Assembly: GCA_963766735.1 (NCBI GenBank)
Contig: CAVYBU010000002.1
Coordinates: 1 to 64,000 of the forward strand
Source: an uncultured Chloroflexia bacterium
Lineage (GTDB): Bacteria; Chloroflexota; Limnocylindria; Limnocylindrales; CSP1-4
Direction: 5' to 3'
DNA: 64,000 nucleotides
Shown in pieces: positions 47,173 to 59,335 of the stretch. The notes under the pieces were generated by a model that did not search any database, was not told where the DNA came from, and saw only the letters and a program-made list of their open reading frames with translations. Positions within the stretch are counted from its first letter, which is position 1. The number at the start of each line of letters is the position of its first letter. The translations under genes were made by a program, and so were the position numbers.

Positions 47173-48306
47173 GTGAGCGATGCCACCGGGGCGACGATCG
47201 AGCGCATCGAGGTCTTCGGCTACGAGTTGAGCTACGCCCATGGCGACTACGTCATGTCGTCCGGGCGCGAGATCCGCCGTCTGCCGAGCACGGTGGTGCG
47301 CATCACGACCCGGGATGGAGCACAGGGGTTCGGAGAGGTCTGTCCGCTGGGCAGCACATACCTGCCGGCGTTCGGCGAGGGGGCTCGCGCGGCGCTCCGA
47401 GAGCTCGCTCCGGCGCTCATCGGTGCCGACGCCACGAACCTCGCCGAGATCCACCGGCGCATGGACGGCCGGCTCCGCGGCCACGAATACGCCAAGAGCG
47501 CGCTCGACGTCGCGTGCTGGGATGCCTTTGGGAGGCTCGTCGGCCAGCCGGTGGCCGCGCTCCTCGGTGGAACGCTCCAGGCCGAGCTGCCGCTCTACGT
47601 GGCGATTCCCCTCGGGACCCCGGACCGCATGGCCGCCTTCGTGGCCCGCGAGCGCTCCGAGGGGATCCGGAACTTCCAGGCGAAGCTCGGCGCCGATCCG
47701 GCCGAGGACGCCGAGCGGGTTGCGGCTGTGCTCGCTGCGACGGAGCCCGGTGACGCGGTGATCGGCGACGCCAACGGCGGCTGGCGGCGTCAGGATGCGA
47801 TCATCGCCGCCCGGCTGCTGGAGGGCTCCCAGCGCTTCCGGCTCGAGCAGCCCTGCCCCACGCTCGAGGAATGCGTCGCGGTGCGACGCCTGACCACGCT
47901 GCCGATGGTCCTCGACGAGGTGATCGTGGACCTGCCCACGCTCGTCCGGGCCGCGAGCCTGGACGCGATGGACCAGGTGAACCTCAAGGTCAGCCGTGTC
48001 GGAGGTCTGCTGCCGGCGCGCCTGATGCGCGACGCGGCCGTTGCCCTCGGCCTCCGGCTCATGATCGAGGACAGCTGGGGCGGCGACGTTGTCACGGCCG
48101 CCGTGGCGCATCTCGCGGCCGGGACGCCGCCCGAGGCGCTGTTCGCCGTCTCGTTCATGAACGACTGGACGCTGGAGCACATCGCCGGCTACCGGCCGCG
48201 TTCCGATCGCGGCTTCGGCCCGGTTCCCGATGGCCCCGGCCTGGGCATCGAGGTGGACGTGTCCGCGCTCGGCGCCCCGCTGTTCACGGTGGTCGCACCG
48301 GCCTGA
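47173..48306 (+). CDS. Mandelate racemase/muconate lactonising (enolase superfamily) enzyme, proline-derivative epimerase-like
   Basis: GFGEVCPLGSTYLP, QAKLG, DANGGW, EQPC, LDE, EDSWGGD. The start may instead be 47158. Confidence 0.82.
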   Translation: MSDATGATIERIEVFGYELSYAHGDYVMSSGREIRRLPSTVVRITTRDGAQGFGEVCPLGSTYLPAFGEGARAALRELAPALIGADATNLAEIHRRMDGRLRGHEYAKSALDVACWDAFGRLVGQPVAALLGGTLQAELPLYVAIPLGTPDRMAAFVARERSEGIRNFQAKLGADPAEDAERVAAVLAATEPGDAVIGDANGGWRRQDAIIAARLLEGSQRFRLEQPCPTLEECVAVRRLTTLPMVLDEVIVDLPTLVRAASLDAMDQVNLKVSRVGGLLPARLMRDAAVALGLRLMIEDSWGGDVVTAAVAHLAAGTPPEALFAVSFMNDWTLEHIAGYRPRSDRGFGPVPDGPGLGIEVDVSALGAPLFTVVAPA

Positions 48307-48705
48307 CGGGCGACGATCCGCTCGAATCGCCCAAGGCCTGGTCCGACGCGGGTGGTGCGGCGCTCCCGGACATCCGCCTGAGCGAGACGAGCCCGCACGT
48401 CGAGTTCCGGAACCGGGCGGGGGACTGAGGAAGACCGGCTGCGGGCGCAGGCGGTCGTGGAGCGGCGCGGCTTCGCGTTGGGTGCCATTTGGCCTGCCCC
48501 AGACGGGCCGACTGAACCCCAGCCGTCAGCGGACGGTCCGGTGGTCCAGTCCGGGCGGCTCATCCCTCGTGGCGCGGCTGGGGCGCACCATGGCGGCAGG
48601 TCAGCAACCGAGGGTCCGCGGCTCCCGGGAGCAGCCGAAGCACACCAGTCGTCCCAGCCATCCGCACCCAGGTGCCGGATGAGTGTGATCGGAAGGAAGT
48701 CAGAG

Positions 48706-49407
48706 ATGTACGCACGGTTCAAGGTTGTCGGACTCGGCCTCATCATCGCCGGCCTGCTCTTCGTGGGCGTGGGTGGCTACACCTACGTGAAGACCCAGGA
48801 AGGCGCCACGGCCCTGCAGTCGTTCAGCGCGGCGCAGAACGTCACGCTCAGCTACAACGAAGAAGGCCAGCTTGTCGATCGTGGCGAGACCGCCGGCGCC
48901 GAGGCGATCATGGGCCTGCTCACCAATGACTGGGGCTACGCGGTCAACACCGCCGAGCTCAACCCCAACGACCCGGTCGTGAACACAGCGTCCGAGTACA
49001 TGTACCAGATGGCCACGATCGCGTACCACACCCTCAACGGCACGCAGACCGTCGTCCTCACGGAGCCGGCAGAGTTCAACGGTGAGACGATCGCGGCGGG
49101 GACCTACGAGGTGCCGGTGGACGGCCGCTACTGGACCGCGTTCAACCGCCAGAACCCCATCGACGCCAAGGTGCGCGAGCAGGCATGGACCGGCACGGCC
49201 CACGCCCTGATCGCCGAGCTCGGTGTCGGCAGCGTCACCGCCTCAACCCTCCAGGTGGGCCTCGGGATCGCGGCAATCGCCGCGGCCCTCGGTGCGACGC
49301 TGATGCTCCTCGGCGGGGGCGTGATCTGGGCTGCCCGCCCGGTGGAGGTCACGGAACCGGCGGCCGCCAAGGCCAAGGTCCGCGGCAACGTTCCCGCTAC
49401 CGCCTGA
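48706..49407 (+). CDS. Hypothetical membrane protein (N- and C-terminal TM helices)
   Basis: Strong GC3 codon bias, two hydrophobic helices flanking a soluble domain; GGAAGGAAG upstream. Confidence 0.75.
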   Translation: MYARFKVVGLGLIIAGLLFVGVGGYTYVKTQEGATALQSFSAAQNVTLSYNEEGQLVDRGETAGAEAIMGLLTNDWGYAVNTAELNPNDPVVNTASEYMYQMATIAYHTLNGTQTVVLTEPAEFNGETIAAGTYEVPVDGRYWTAFNRQNPIDAKVREQAWTGTAHALIAELGVGSVTASTLQVGLGIAAIAAALGATLMLLGGGVIWAARPVEVTEPAAAKAKVRGNVPATA

Positions 49408-49450
49408 TCTCCCCTGGAGGGGGCAACCCCTTCGAGTGCTGATCCGCAAC

Positions 49451-49484
49451 GACACGCCGGGCCTCTCCCAGGGCCCGGCGTGTC
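49451..49484. terminator. 13-bp stem hairpin between convergent genes
   Basis: GACACGCCGGGCC-tctcccag-GGCCCGGCGTGTC, 44 nt after the stop; no U-tract. Confidence 0.6.
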
Positions 49485-49711
49485 AATCTGTGCCCGGCCG
49501 GCGCGGCCACCGGTACGGAGCGGACGATCAGCCGGTGCACGCCCGTGGGGCGAAGAAGCCCGATCGACACAGGAACGCAGGGAATTCGGCACCAGGCCGG
49601 GTGCCAGGAGCGACGCGTGTGCAGATCTGGCGTTGGACCGCGCTCCCGGAGACGGGCGGTCAGGTCGCACTCTGGTGCCGGGTGGCGGAGTGAGCTCGTG
49701 GCCAGCGAGGG

Positions 49712-50551
49712 TCAGCGAGCCGCGATGACGTCCCTCCCGAACCGCGCAAGCGACTCCGGATCGTCCGGCCCGGGGCCGACGTTCAGGTAGAGCCGCTGGG
49801 CGCCCGCCGCCTCGTAGGCCGCGATCAGCCGGACCTGCTCCTCGACGGTCCCGTCGGGCCAGGGGACCATGACGGACCGTCTCACGGTCGCCGGATCGCG
49901 CCCGATCGACGCGCAAACTGTATCGAGGCGATCGAACGCCTCCCGGCTGCCGTCCGGCCCGAGCGTGTCGATGTTGAGCTCATCGGCGTAGCGGGCGGCG
50001 AGCTCGACCGTGCGACGCTTGCCGAGCCCGCCGACGATGATCGGCGGGTGAGGGCGCTGGACGGGCTTGGGCTGGCAGATCGCGTCCCGTACCTCGTAGA
50101 ACTGGCCGCGGAACGTAAAGGGAGTCTCGGTCCACAGCCCACGCACGATCTGCAGGGCCTCTTCGAGCCGATCGAACCGTTCCACGATCGGCGGGTACGG
50201 GATGCCGAACTGCTCGTGCTCCGCGTCGTACCACCCGGCCCCCATGCCGACTTCCACCCGGCCGTCGCTCATCTCGTCGACGGTCGCCGCGATCTTGGCC
50301 AGGGCGACGGGCAGCCGGAAGGTCATCGGGCTCACCAGCGTCCCGATCCGGATCGTGGTGGTCTCGCGCGCGATCCCGGCCAGCGTCGTCCAGGCGTCCG
50401 TGGCAGGCTGCTCGAACTGCCCCTCCAGCGAGAGCCAGTGGTCGGAGCGGAAGAACCCGTCGAAGCCGGCCGCCTCCGCACGCTGGGCGAGGTCCAGCAA
50501 GCCACGATACGTCGACCCCTCCTGGGGCTCCAGCATGAGCGCGAACTGCAT
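49712..50551 (-). CDS. LLM-class F420-dependent oxidoreductase
   Basis: EPQEG, GFDGFFRSDH, TDAWTTLAGIARET, PKPVQRPHPPIIVGG. Confidence 0.9.
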   Translation of the reverse strand: MQFALMLEPQEGSTYRGLLDLAQRAEAAGFDGFFRSDHWLSLEGQFEQPATDAWTTLAGIARETTTIRIGTLVSPMTFRLPVALAKIAATVDEMSDGRVEVGMGAGWYDAEHEQFGIPYPPIVERFDRLEEALQIVRGLWTETPFTFRGQFYEVRDAICQPKPVQRPHPPIIVGGLGKRRTVELAARYADELNIDTLGPDGSREAFDRLDTVCASIGRDPATVRRSVMVPWPDGTVEEQVRLIAAYEAAGAQRLYLNVGPGPDDPESLARFGRDVIAAR

Positions 50552-50620
50552 CGGTCACACCGTCCACATCGTTTACGTCTCGGGCCGTGCGGCTGGGGAT
50601 GCCAGCACTCCCGACCAGAC

Positions 50621-52309
50621 CTACCCCTTCGCCTGTACCTTCGCCCAGGTGTCCCTCAGCGTCATCGTCCGGTTGAACACCAGCGCCCCCGGTGCCGAGT
50701 CCGAGTCGACGCAGAAGTAGCCCAGCCGCTCGAACTGCACGGTCTCGCCCATCGGCACATCCGCCAGCGACGGCTCCAGGAGCGCCCCCGAGAGCACGGC
50801 CTCGGACTGCGGGTTCAGATCCTCCAGGAGGTCCCTCCCCTCGGAGCCAGGATCCGACCGGCTGAACAACTGGTCGTAGAGGCGTACCTCGGCCGGGATC
50901 GCGTGCGCCGCCGACACCCAGTGGAGCGTCGCCTTGGGCCGGCGGCCGTCCGGTGAGTCGCCGCCCCGCGTGGCCGGGTCGTAGGTGCAGCGAAGCTCCA
51001 CGATGCGGCCATCGGCATCTTTCACCACGCTCTGACACGTGATGAAGTACGCGTTCCGCAGCCGGACCTCGCGCCCGGGCGAGAGGCGGAAGAACTTGGG
51101 CGCGGGCTCCTCCATGAAGTCGTCGCGCTCGATCCACAACTCACGCGAGAACGCCACGCGCCTCGTGCCGGCCGCCGGATTCTCCGGATTGTTGACGACC
51201 TCCATCTCCTCGACCTGGCCGTCCGGGTAGTTCTCGATGACCACCTTGACGGGATCGAGGACGGCGAACCGCCGCACGGACGTCCGGTTGAGGACGTCGC
51301 GGATCGAGTGCTCAAGCATCGCGTACTCGTGGACGGCGTTGTCCTTCGCCACCCCGACCGCCGTGGCGAAGTTGCGGATGCCCTCGGCGGGAAAGCCGCG
51401 TCGTCGCAGGCCCGCGATGGTGGGCATCCGGGGATCGTCCCAGCCGCGCACGTGGCCGTCCTGGACCAGCCTGAGCAGGAAGCGCTTGCTCATGACGACG
51501 TATGTGAGGTTGAGCCGCGCGAACTCGTATTGGTGGGGGCGGGACGGAACCGGCAGGGCCTCGATGAACCAGTCGTAGAGCGGGCGATGGTTCTCGAACT
51601 CCAGGGTGCAGATCGAGTGCGTGATTCCCTCGATCGCGTCTGACTGGCCGTGCGCATAGTCGTAGGTGGGGTAGACGCACCAGGCGTTGCCCGTGCGCGG
51701 GTGTTCGGCGTGCACGATCCGATAGAGCACGGGGTCCCGCAGGATGATGTTGGGCGCGGCCATGTCGATCTTCGCCCGCAGCACGCGCGCCCCATTGGGG
51801 AATTCGCCCGCGCGCATCCGCTCGAACAGATCCAGGCTCTCCCCGATCGGCCGCTCCCGCCACGGCGAGTTCCGCCCGGGCTCCGTCAGCGTCCCGCGGT
51901 GCTCGCGGATCTCGTCCGCGGTGAGGTCGTCCACGTATGCCTTGCCGGTCTCGATGAGGTGGACGGCCCACGCGTACAGCTGCTCGAAGTAGTCCGACGC
52001 GTGGTAGAGGTGCTCGCCCCAGTCGAAGCCCAGCCAGCGGACATCCGCCTCGATGGCATCGATGTACTCCTGCTCCTCCTTGACCGGGTTGGTGTCGTCG
52101 AAGCGCAGGTGGCAGCGGCCTCCGAACTCCTTGGCGACGCCGAAGTTCAGGCAGATCGACTTCGCGTGGCCGATGTGGAGGTAGCCGTTGGGCTCCGGGG
52201 GGAAGCGGGTGACGACGTTCGTGACCCGGCCCGCGCGCAGGTCCGCGGCCACGATGTCACGGATGAAGTCGGTCCGGTCCGGGGTGGGGGAGGGGGTCTC
52301 CGTGCTCAC
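50621..52309 (-). CDS. glnS: Glutaminyl-tRNA synthetase
   Basis: [65 protein letters not shown]. Confidence 0.96.
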   Translation of the reverse strand: MSTETPSPTPDRTDFIRDIVAADLRAGRVTNVVTRFPPEPNGYLHIGHAKSICLNFGVAKEFGGRCHLRFDDTNPVKEEQEYIDAIEADVRWLGFDWGEHLYHASDYFEQLYAWAVHLIETGKAYVDDLTADEIREHRGTLTEPGRNSPWRERPIGESLDLFERMRAGEFPNGARVLRAKIDMAAPNIILRDPVLYRIVHAEHPRTGNAWCVYPTYDYAHGQSDAIEGITHSICTLEFENHRPLYDWFIEALPVPSRPHQYEFARLNLTYVVMSKRFLLRLVQDGHVRGWDDPRMPTIAGLRRRGFPAEGIRNFATAVGVAKDNAVHEYAMLEHSIRDVLNRTSVRRFAVLDPVKVVIENYPDGQVEEMEVVNNPENPAAGTRRVAFSRELWIERDDFMEEPAPKFFRLSPGREVRLRNAYFITCQSVVKDADGRIVELRCTYDPATRGGDSPDGRRPKATLHWVSAAHAIPAEVRLYDQLFSRSDPGSEGRDLLEDLNPQSEAVLSGALLEPSLADVPMGETVQFERLGYFCVDSDSAPGALVFNRTMTLRDTWAKVQAKG

Positions 52310-52386
52310 CGTTCGTTGCCGCTCCTGGCTGATGGCTGGCAGGACACGCGGCTCGCGCGGCGGCTGCACCACACTCCCGAAGGAGT

Positions 52387-52461
52387 TGGCTGGCGCGCTA
52401 GGATTCGAACCTAGAACCCCCTGATCCAGAGTCAGGTGCCATACCATTAGGCCACGCGCCA
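52387..52461 (-). tRNA. tRNA-Gln (anticodon CTG)
   Basis: TGGCGCGTGGCCTAATGGTATGGCACCTGACTCTGGATCAGGGGGTTCTAGGTTCGAATCCTAGCGCGCCAGCCA folds as a cloverleaf with a GTTCGAATC T-loop and encoded CCA; TAGACT -10 at 52475-52480. Confidence 0.97.
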
Positions 52462-52629
52462 GCGACCGTCGCGAAGTCTACCCCATGTGCGCGCGAGCGA
52501 ACCATCCGCTGGGCTGGCCAGATGCGGCCCGGGGTTCGATCGACGGCGGTCATGGCGCCTCCCGCTGCGGGCCCGCGGGACGCAGGGCGGGAGCGATCCC
52601 TTCCAGAGCGGAGCCGGATCGGTGGTGGC

Positions 52630-53058
52630 CTACGCAGGCTCCACGACGAGGAAGCCCTCGCGTTCCGCCGCTCGGGCGAGGCGGTCGTCCAGCGTGACGA
52701 AGGGCAGGCTGCGGGGATCGTCATCGGCCGCGACGATCGCGGCGGCCAGCTGGAAAGCGTCCGCTGCCCGGATCGCATGGACCCGGAGGAGTCGCTCGGC
52801 GGTCTTCCGCAATCGCGACGTGGGCTGGATCTCCTGCCAGGACGCAGCGTGGGCCTCGAGCCGTCGGTACGCGATTGCGGCCCCAGGGGCTCCGAGCCTT
52901 CCCTCGCGCTCGAGTCGAGCGATGGCCGACGTGCATTCCACCTCGGTTCCCCACCAGGCCACGATCACCGGGTCCCGGTCAAAAGCCGCGGCGACGGTCG
53001 CGCTCGAGGGCTCCGTGGCCAGCAGGGGGACAATCGATGATGCGTCCCAGAACCTCAC
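52630..53058 (-). CDS. vapC: PIN-domain toxin
   Basis: FWDASSIVPL, TEVE, RAADAFQLAAA, FVTLDDRL. Confidence 0.9.
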   Translation of the reverse strand: MRFWDASSIVPLLATEPSSATVAAAFDRDPVIVAWWGTEVECTSAIARLEREGRLGAPGAAIAYRRLEAHAASWQEIQPTSRLRKTAERLLRVHAIRAADAFQLAAAIVAADDDPRSLPFVTLDDRLARAAEREGFLVVEPA

Positions 53059-53351
53059 CAGCCGGTCCGCCGCTCTTCGAGGATGATCTCGACCGCGCTC
53101 AGGCCCTCTCCCTTCACCGCGGGTCCGGGCGTTCTCATGAGCTCGACCGGCGGCTCGATCCGGCCCCGCCGGACCAAGCCTGCCCGCTCCAAACGCGACA
53201 GCCGGTCTTCGACATCGATCCGCCCGCTCACCGGCTCGATCACGGCCACTGGTACCCCCCTGTCGGTGACGACGATGGACTCGCCAGCGCGCACGCGGTC
53301 AATGAGCGCCGAGAGGCCGTTCTTGACCTCGGTGATCGTTGCGGTCTCCAT
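53055..53351 (-). CDS. Phd/YefM-family antitoxin
   Basis: TITEVKNGLSALIDRVRAGESIVVTDRGVPVA; GTGA overlap with the toxin gene. Confidence 0.9.
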   Translation of the reverse strand: METATITEVKNGLSALIDRVRAGESIVVTDRGVPVAVIEPVSGRIDVEDRLSRLERAGLVRRGRIEPPVELMRTPGPAVKGEGLSAVEIILEERRTGW

Positions 53352-53352
53352 G

Positions 53353-53369
53353 ATGGCTAGAATGGCCAT
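53353..53369. promoter_or_regulatory. Probable toxin-antitoxin operator overlapping the -10 element
   Basis: Imperfect palindrome ATGGCTAGAATGGCCAT directly upstream of the antitoxin ATG, covering minus-strand CATTCT. Confidence 0.55.
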
Positions 53370-53397
53370 ATCGAGATGGCCTGTCAAGGCCTCAGCC

Positions 53398-54510
53398 TCA
53401 GACCGATCCGGCTGCCGACAGGATTGACCGCCGCGCGTGATCCCTCGCCAGTCCATCGGCCAGCGCCTCGCCCAGCAGCCGGGCCAGCTGGTCCCACTCG
53501 ATCAGGAATCCGTCGTGGCCCTTGGTGGTCTCGATCTCGTGGTACCCCGAATCGACGCCCGCCGCGGCCGCTTCGCCCACGAGGATCCGTACCTGGTCCG
53601 GGCCATAGAGGATGTCGCCCTCGATGCCGATGCCGGTGAGCGCGGTGTCCGTCGCCGCGAGGGCCCGGAAGGCCTCCAGGACGCCGCCGCGGTCCCGGCC
53701 CACGTCGTGGCCGTCCATGACGCGCACCAGGACGCTGTAGGTGTCCGGGTCGAAGCGGCCGATGAGCTTGCGTCCCTGGTGGTCGAGGTAGGACACCACC
53801 GAGAAGCGGCCGTCGGGTCCGGTCTCGCGTCCGAAGCGGCCGTCGAAATCGGTCTCGGAGCGGTAGGTGGTCATCGCCAGCTGGCGGGCGATGGACAGGC
53901 CCTCCAGGCCCAGCCGGCCGACGATCTCCAGCTGCAGGTGGTTCCATGCGATGGCGAGAGGCCCCGTGGCCGCCGGCGCCCCGATCGGGACGACGTGGCA
54001 GACGGATCGGGGGCGGGCGAGCGCAACCTCCAGGGCAACCATGCCGCCGAGGCTGCCGCCGGCGACGAGGGCGAACCGCTCGATGCCGAGGTGGTCCGCA
54101 AGGCGCCAGATCGCCCGGGCCTCGTCCCGTGCGGTGACCTCTGGAAACGTTCTGCCCCAGGCCTGACCGGTCTCCGGGTTGACGGACGTAGGACCCGTTG
54201 ACCCGTATCGGCCGCCGAGGAGGTTGGCGCACAGGACCCCGATCCTCGTCGTGTCGAAGACCTTGTCGGGCCCGATGAGCGGCTGCCACCAGTCGCCGGC
54301 GGCATCGGCGGACCCGGTGAGCGCGTGGATGACCAGGGCCTGCGGTGCATCCGGGCCGGGCCCATCGTGCCGGTAGGCCATGGTCAGGGACAGGGGCTGG
54401 CCACCGGTCTCCGGGAGGAAGGTCCCGAGATCGGCGGCCTGGACCCGCCCGGTCCCGAGGGGAGGCCGGGCGGCGTTCGCCGGTTCGGCGCGCGACTCGC
54501 CTGTCGCCAT
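53398..54510 (-). CDS. metX: Homoserine O-acetyltransferase
   Basis: HALTGS, WWQPLIGP, GSTGP, GGSLGGM, D..LY, GHDGFLIE. Confidence 0.9.
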   Translation of the reverse strand: MATGESRAEPANAARPPLGTGRVQAADLGTFLPETGGQPLSLTMAYRHDGPGPDAPQALVIHALTGSADAAGDWWQPLIGPDKVFDTTRIGVLCANLLGGRYGSTGPTSVNPETGQAWGRTFPEVTARDEARAIWRLADHLGIERFALVAGGSLGGMVALEVALARPRSVCHVVPIGAPAATGPLAIAWNHLQLEIVGRLGLEGLSIARQLAMTTYRSETDFDGRFGRETGPDGRFSVVSYLDHQGRKLIGRFDPDTYSVLVRVMDGHDVGRDRGGVLEAFRALAATDTALTGIGIEGDILYGPDQVRILVGEAAAAGVDSGYHEIETTKGHDGFLIEWDQLARLLGEALADGLARDHARRSILSAAGSV

Positions 54511-54518
54511 CGCGCGGC

Positions 54519-56042
<1,524 letters not shown>

Positions 56043-56129
56043 TCAGCGCGGAGAAACTCGGCGCCCGTCCTCCGAACGACGGGGCCGCCCACGCATGCAC
56101 ATCAGCCAGGAAACGGTGGTGTGGCTCAT
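56043..56129 (-). CDS. Putative metYX leader peptide MSHTTVSWLMCMRGRPRRSEDGRRVSPR
   Basis: 28 codons with an ATG-TGC-ATG cluster, lying between a TTGACG/CATCCT promoter and the terminator; absent from the supplied ORF track. Confidence 0.65.
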   Translation of the reverse strand: MSHTTVSWLMCMRGRPRRSEDGRRVSPR

Positions 56130-56139
56130 CAGGTCGCGA

Positions 56140-56169
56140 AGGATGGGGGACGGTACGGGTATGCGTCAA
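56140..56169 (-). promoter_or_regulatory. Sigma70-type promoter for the metY leader
   Basis: TTGACG (56169-56164), 18-nt spacer, CATCCT (56145-56140). Confidence 0.55.
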
Positions 56170-56252
56170 GTCCGCGGGCCGGTCGCAACGCAACTGCAAC
56201 TGTCGGAGGCACGCGCGGCATACCAGGCCGGCGGGAGGAGCATGGACGCAGG

Positions 56253-56276
56253 AGGCCCGCCGTTGCCGGCGGGCCT
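56253..56276. terminator. Hairpin downstream of the 56306-56899 gene
   Basis: AGGCCCGCCG-ttgc-CGGCGGGCCT, 10-bp stem. Confidence 0.6.
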
Positions 56277-56305
56277 TGTCGCGACGGTTGGGTGAGACGC
56301 GGGTG

Positions 56306-56899
56306 TCAGCCGCTGGTGGTCGGGGAAGCGGAGGGTGCTGCGGGGGCGATCGGGACGCCCTGCTTCCAGTTCTGGCCGTTCTTCCAGCCACGGCCTCCGC
56401 CGAAGCCCATGCCCTTCTTGCCGTCCCGACCGAGGGCCTTGAGCTCATCCGTCGTGATCTTGCCGTCGTCCATCAGCGTGGTGAGCGTGCGGAGGGGGTG
56501 ATCCGCGGGCAGCTGGTCCAGCTCCGCCTGCGTGATCTCGCCGTCGGCGAGGAAGCCCTTGATCTTCTGCTGGAGCGCCTTCTGCTCTTCCCAGGCGGCC
56601 TTGCGCTCCGCCTGGCGAGCGGCGCGCTCGGTCTTGAGCGCGTCGAGGATCGCGGTCTTCTGGGCCGCGGTGATCGTGTTCTTGGCCACCAGGTCGTCCA
56701 GGACCTCTGTCAGGGCGGTGTCCTTCTCGGGCTTGACCGTGGTGCCCGCCGACGGCGCGGGCGCCGCACTCTCGGCCGCAGGGACCACGTCGCCCGTGTC
56801 CGCGGCGGGCGCAGAGCCGGACGTGGCGAGGACCGCACCGGCCCCAACGGCCAGGAGCAGAGCGGCGAGCGGGAGGACGAGCGTCTTGCTGAGTGTCAC
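56306..56899 (-). CDS. Hypothetical secreted protein downstream of the two-component system
   Basis: GGAGG RBS, signal peptide, repeated helical units (LVAKNTITAAQ, LADGEITQAE, DDGKITTDE), Gly-rich tail. Confidence 0.7.
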   Translation of the reverse strand: MTLSKTLVLPLAALLLAVGAGAVLATSGSAPAADTGDVVPAAESAAPAPSAGTTVKPEKDTALTEVLDDLVAKNTITAAQKTAILDALKTERAARQAERKAAWEEQKALQQKIKGFLADGEITQAELDQLPADHPLRTLTTLMDDGKITTDELKALGRDGKKGMGFGGGRGWKNGQNWKQGVPIAPAAPSASPTTSG

Positions 56900-56954
56900 G
56901 AGGAGCCTCCGGGTAGGGTGCACCGGGAATGGTACGGGTCGGCGTGTTGACTGG

Positions 56955-58407
56955 CTAGAGCGTGGTGGCCGGGCCTGAGCCCTCGCCGGGATCGGGCTGT
57001 GAGCCGGCTGTGAACGGGAGCCATGCGCCGAAGGTGGCGCCACCCCCCGGCGTGGCCTCGTGCCACAGGCGGCCGCCGTGGGCATCCACAAGGGACGCGA
57101 CGATCGAGAGGCCGAGCCCCGACCCGCCGCGTTCCCTGGAGCGTCCGGGGTCCGCGCGGAAGAAGCGGTCGAACACGCGCGACGCGTGCTCCGGGTCGAT
57201 CCCCGGGCCGTGGTCGACCACGCGCAGCTCCGCCCGATCGCCATCCTGCCGGAGGATCACCTCCACGGGCGTCGCGGCAGGGGTGTGCACCCGGACGTTG
57301 GCGAGAAGGTTGCCGATGACCTGCCGGAGCCGGTCCTCGTCGCCGGTCACCTGGATCGCGGGCTCGATGGCGCCCACGATCGGCCGGTCCGGCTCCACGG
57401 CCCTCGCGTCCGCCACGGCCTCGGTGCAGATTCGTGACAGGTCCACGGGGTCACGGCGCAGCGCCCGGCCCTGGTCCAGGCGGGCAAGGAGGAGCAGGTC
57501 TTCCACGAGCACGCCCATGCGCCGGCTCTCCGTCCCGATGCGCCCCATTGCCGCATCGAGCTCCGCGGGCTCCGCCAGCCCGCCGGCCTGGTACAGGTCC
57601 GCGTATCCGCGCACGGCGGTGAGCGGCGTCCGGAGCTCGTGCGAGGCATCGGCCACGAAGCGGCGCAGCCGGTCCTCGCTGTGCGCCTTCGCATCGAGCG
57701 CCTGGTGCTGCTGCACGAAGGCGACCTCGATCTGGTCCAGCATGGTGTCGAAGGCTGCGCCAAGGCGCCCGACCTCGGTGCCGTCATGGGGGACGCCGGT
57801 CCGCTGCGCCAGGTCACCCTCCGTGATCGCCTCCGCGGTACGCGCGATCTTCTCGAGCGGCAGCAGCCCGCGCCGCAGGACCGCCCACCCGACGACCAGC
57901 AGACGCGCCCATGGCGATCACCCCCACCAGCACCAGGGTCCGGACCAGGGCGCCCACGGCGGCGTCGACGCCCGCCAGCGGCGCCGCGATCGCGACGAGG
58001 GCCCCGCCCCGGCCCTGCACCGTCCTAACGTGGTAGCGCAGTGAACCGTCCACCGCCGGCCGCTCCACGATGGGGCCGAGGGCGGACGCCGGGACGCCGT
58101 CCGGGTAGCTCGGCAGGGCGGGGATGGGATCGGGCTCGTCCGCGAAGCCGGACGGGAACGCGCGGTTCACGTTGCCGCGCTTGTCGAGGCGGAGGATGGC
58201 GAGCCGGCGCCCGGCCACGTCCTCGCTGTCCGCGAGGTCCGTCATCCGCTGGACGAGCGCCGCCGCCGATGAGATGGACTGAAGCTCAGCGTCCACGCGG
58301 TCGATGAGCGCGGCCCGGGTGAGGCCGACCAGCAGGACGCCGGCGCCGAGCAGTGCCACGGCGAGCATGACCGCCAGGGACGCGAGCAGGCGCGCCCGGA
58401 GGCTCAC
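56955..58407 (-). CDS. HAMP-domain sensor histidine kinase, +1 frameshift near 57903
   Basis: SLRARLL N-terminal TM; after the shift, HAMP, ADASHELRTPL H-box, NLLAN, DHGPG, FDRFFR, GSGLGL. Confidence 0.88.
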
Positions 58408-59211
58408 GGCGGCGTTCCGGCGCCCGGTCCCGTGCCCGCGTCCGGTCCCGCGCCCGCGCCCGGCCCCGGTCCCGCGTCCCGCGCCCGCGCCCGGCCCAGC
58501 GCCCGGGCCGTCCGCCCTGAGCACGTACCCGAACCCGCGCACGGTCCGCAGCAGCCGCGGCTCGGCGTCGTCCATCTTGCGCCGCAGGTAGCTCACGTAC
58601 GTCTCCACGACGTTGTCCTCGCCGTTGAAGTCGTACTGCCAGACATGATCCAGGATCTGCTGCTTGGACAGGACCCGTTCCGGGTTCAGCAGGAAGTAGC
58701 GCAGCAGCCGGAACTCGGTTGGCGAGAGGTCCACCTCGCGGCCGGCCCGCCAGACCTGGTGGCGATCCTCGTCCATCTCCAGGTCCCGGTAGCGGAGCCT
58801 GGGGGCATCCTCGCCCGCGGCCCCGCCCCGGACGCGACGGAGGAGGGCGCCGATCCGGAGGGTGAGCTCCTCGAGGGAGAACGGCTTGGTGACGTAGTCG
58901 TCGCCGCCGCGGACGAAGCCGGTGACCCGGTCATCCTCGGAATCGCGCGCGGACAGGAAGATCACCGGGACGAAGTCGCGCGCGGCGCGGAGCCGGCGAC
59001 AGACCTCGAAGCCGTCGATGTCGGGGAGCATGACGTCCAGCACGACGAGGTCCGGCGCGGCCGTCGCTGCAGCCTCCAGCGCGGCGAACCCGGACGCGGC
59101 CGTGGTCACCTGGTAGCCCATGTAGCGCAGGGCCGTGGAGAGCAGCTCGGTGATGGACGCCTCGTCATCCACGACGAGGATGTGGGCGGGTCCCGCGGGC
59201 GCGGCTTGCAT
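58404..59211 (-). CDS. OmpR/PhoB-family response regulator, frameshift in its Gly/Ala/Pro tail near 58476
   Basis: LVVDDE, LDVMLP, DYVTKPF, LSPTEF, TVRGFGY. Shifting one base gives ...GTPP-TGA overlapping the kinase GTG. Confidence 0.88.
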
Positions 59212-59335
59212 GCGCCCCATTGCACGCCCCATTCCTGAGAGGTTGCTGTGAATTTGTCGTGAAGCAGCCGGACGCCCGACCCCACCTCGCGCGACGACGG
59301 ATGACGCGTCCGCGCTCCCGGTGCATCATCCGCAC

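Noticed and set aside
48306-48705. Possible small ORF or N-terminal extension upstream of the 48706 gene
   Set aside because: No convincing start or motif; treated as intergenic/promoter sequence.
50621-52447. N-terminal extension of GlnRS in the ORF track
   Set aside because: The extension runs through the tRNA-Gln gene; the GTG at 52309 with an upstream AGGAG is the more plausible start.
52387-53456. Genomic island integrated at tRNA-Gln
   Set aside because: The TA module lies on the tRNA 5' side, and there is no integrase or duplicated tRNA 3' end in the window.
57814-59232. Apparent fusion of a response regulator to a membrane sensor domain (472-aa ORF)
   Set aside because: A one-base shift in the Gly/Ala/Pro tail restores a normal stop overlapping the kinase GTG, so this is an ordinary two-gene system with indels.
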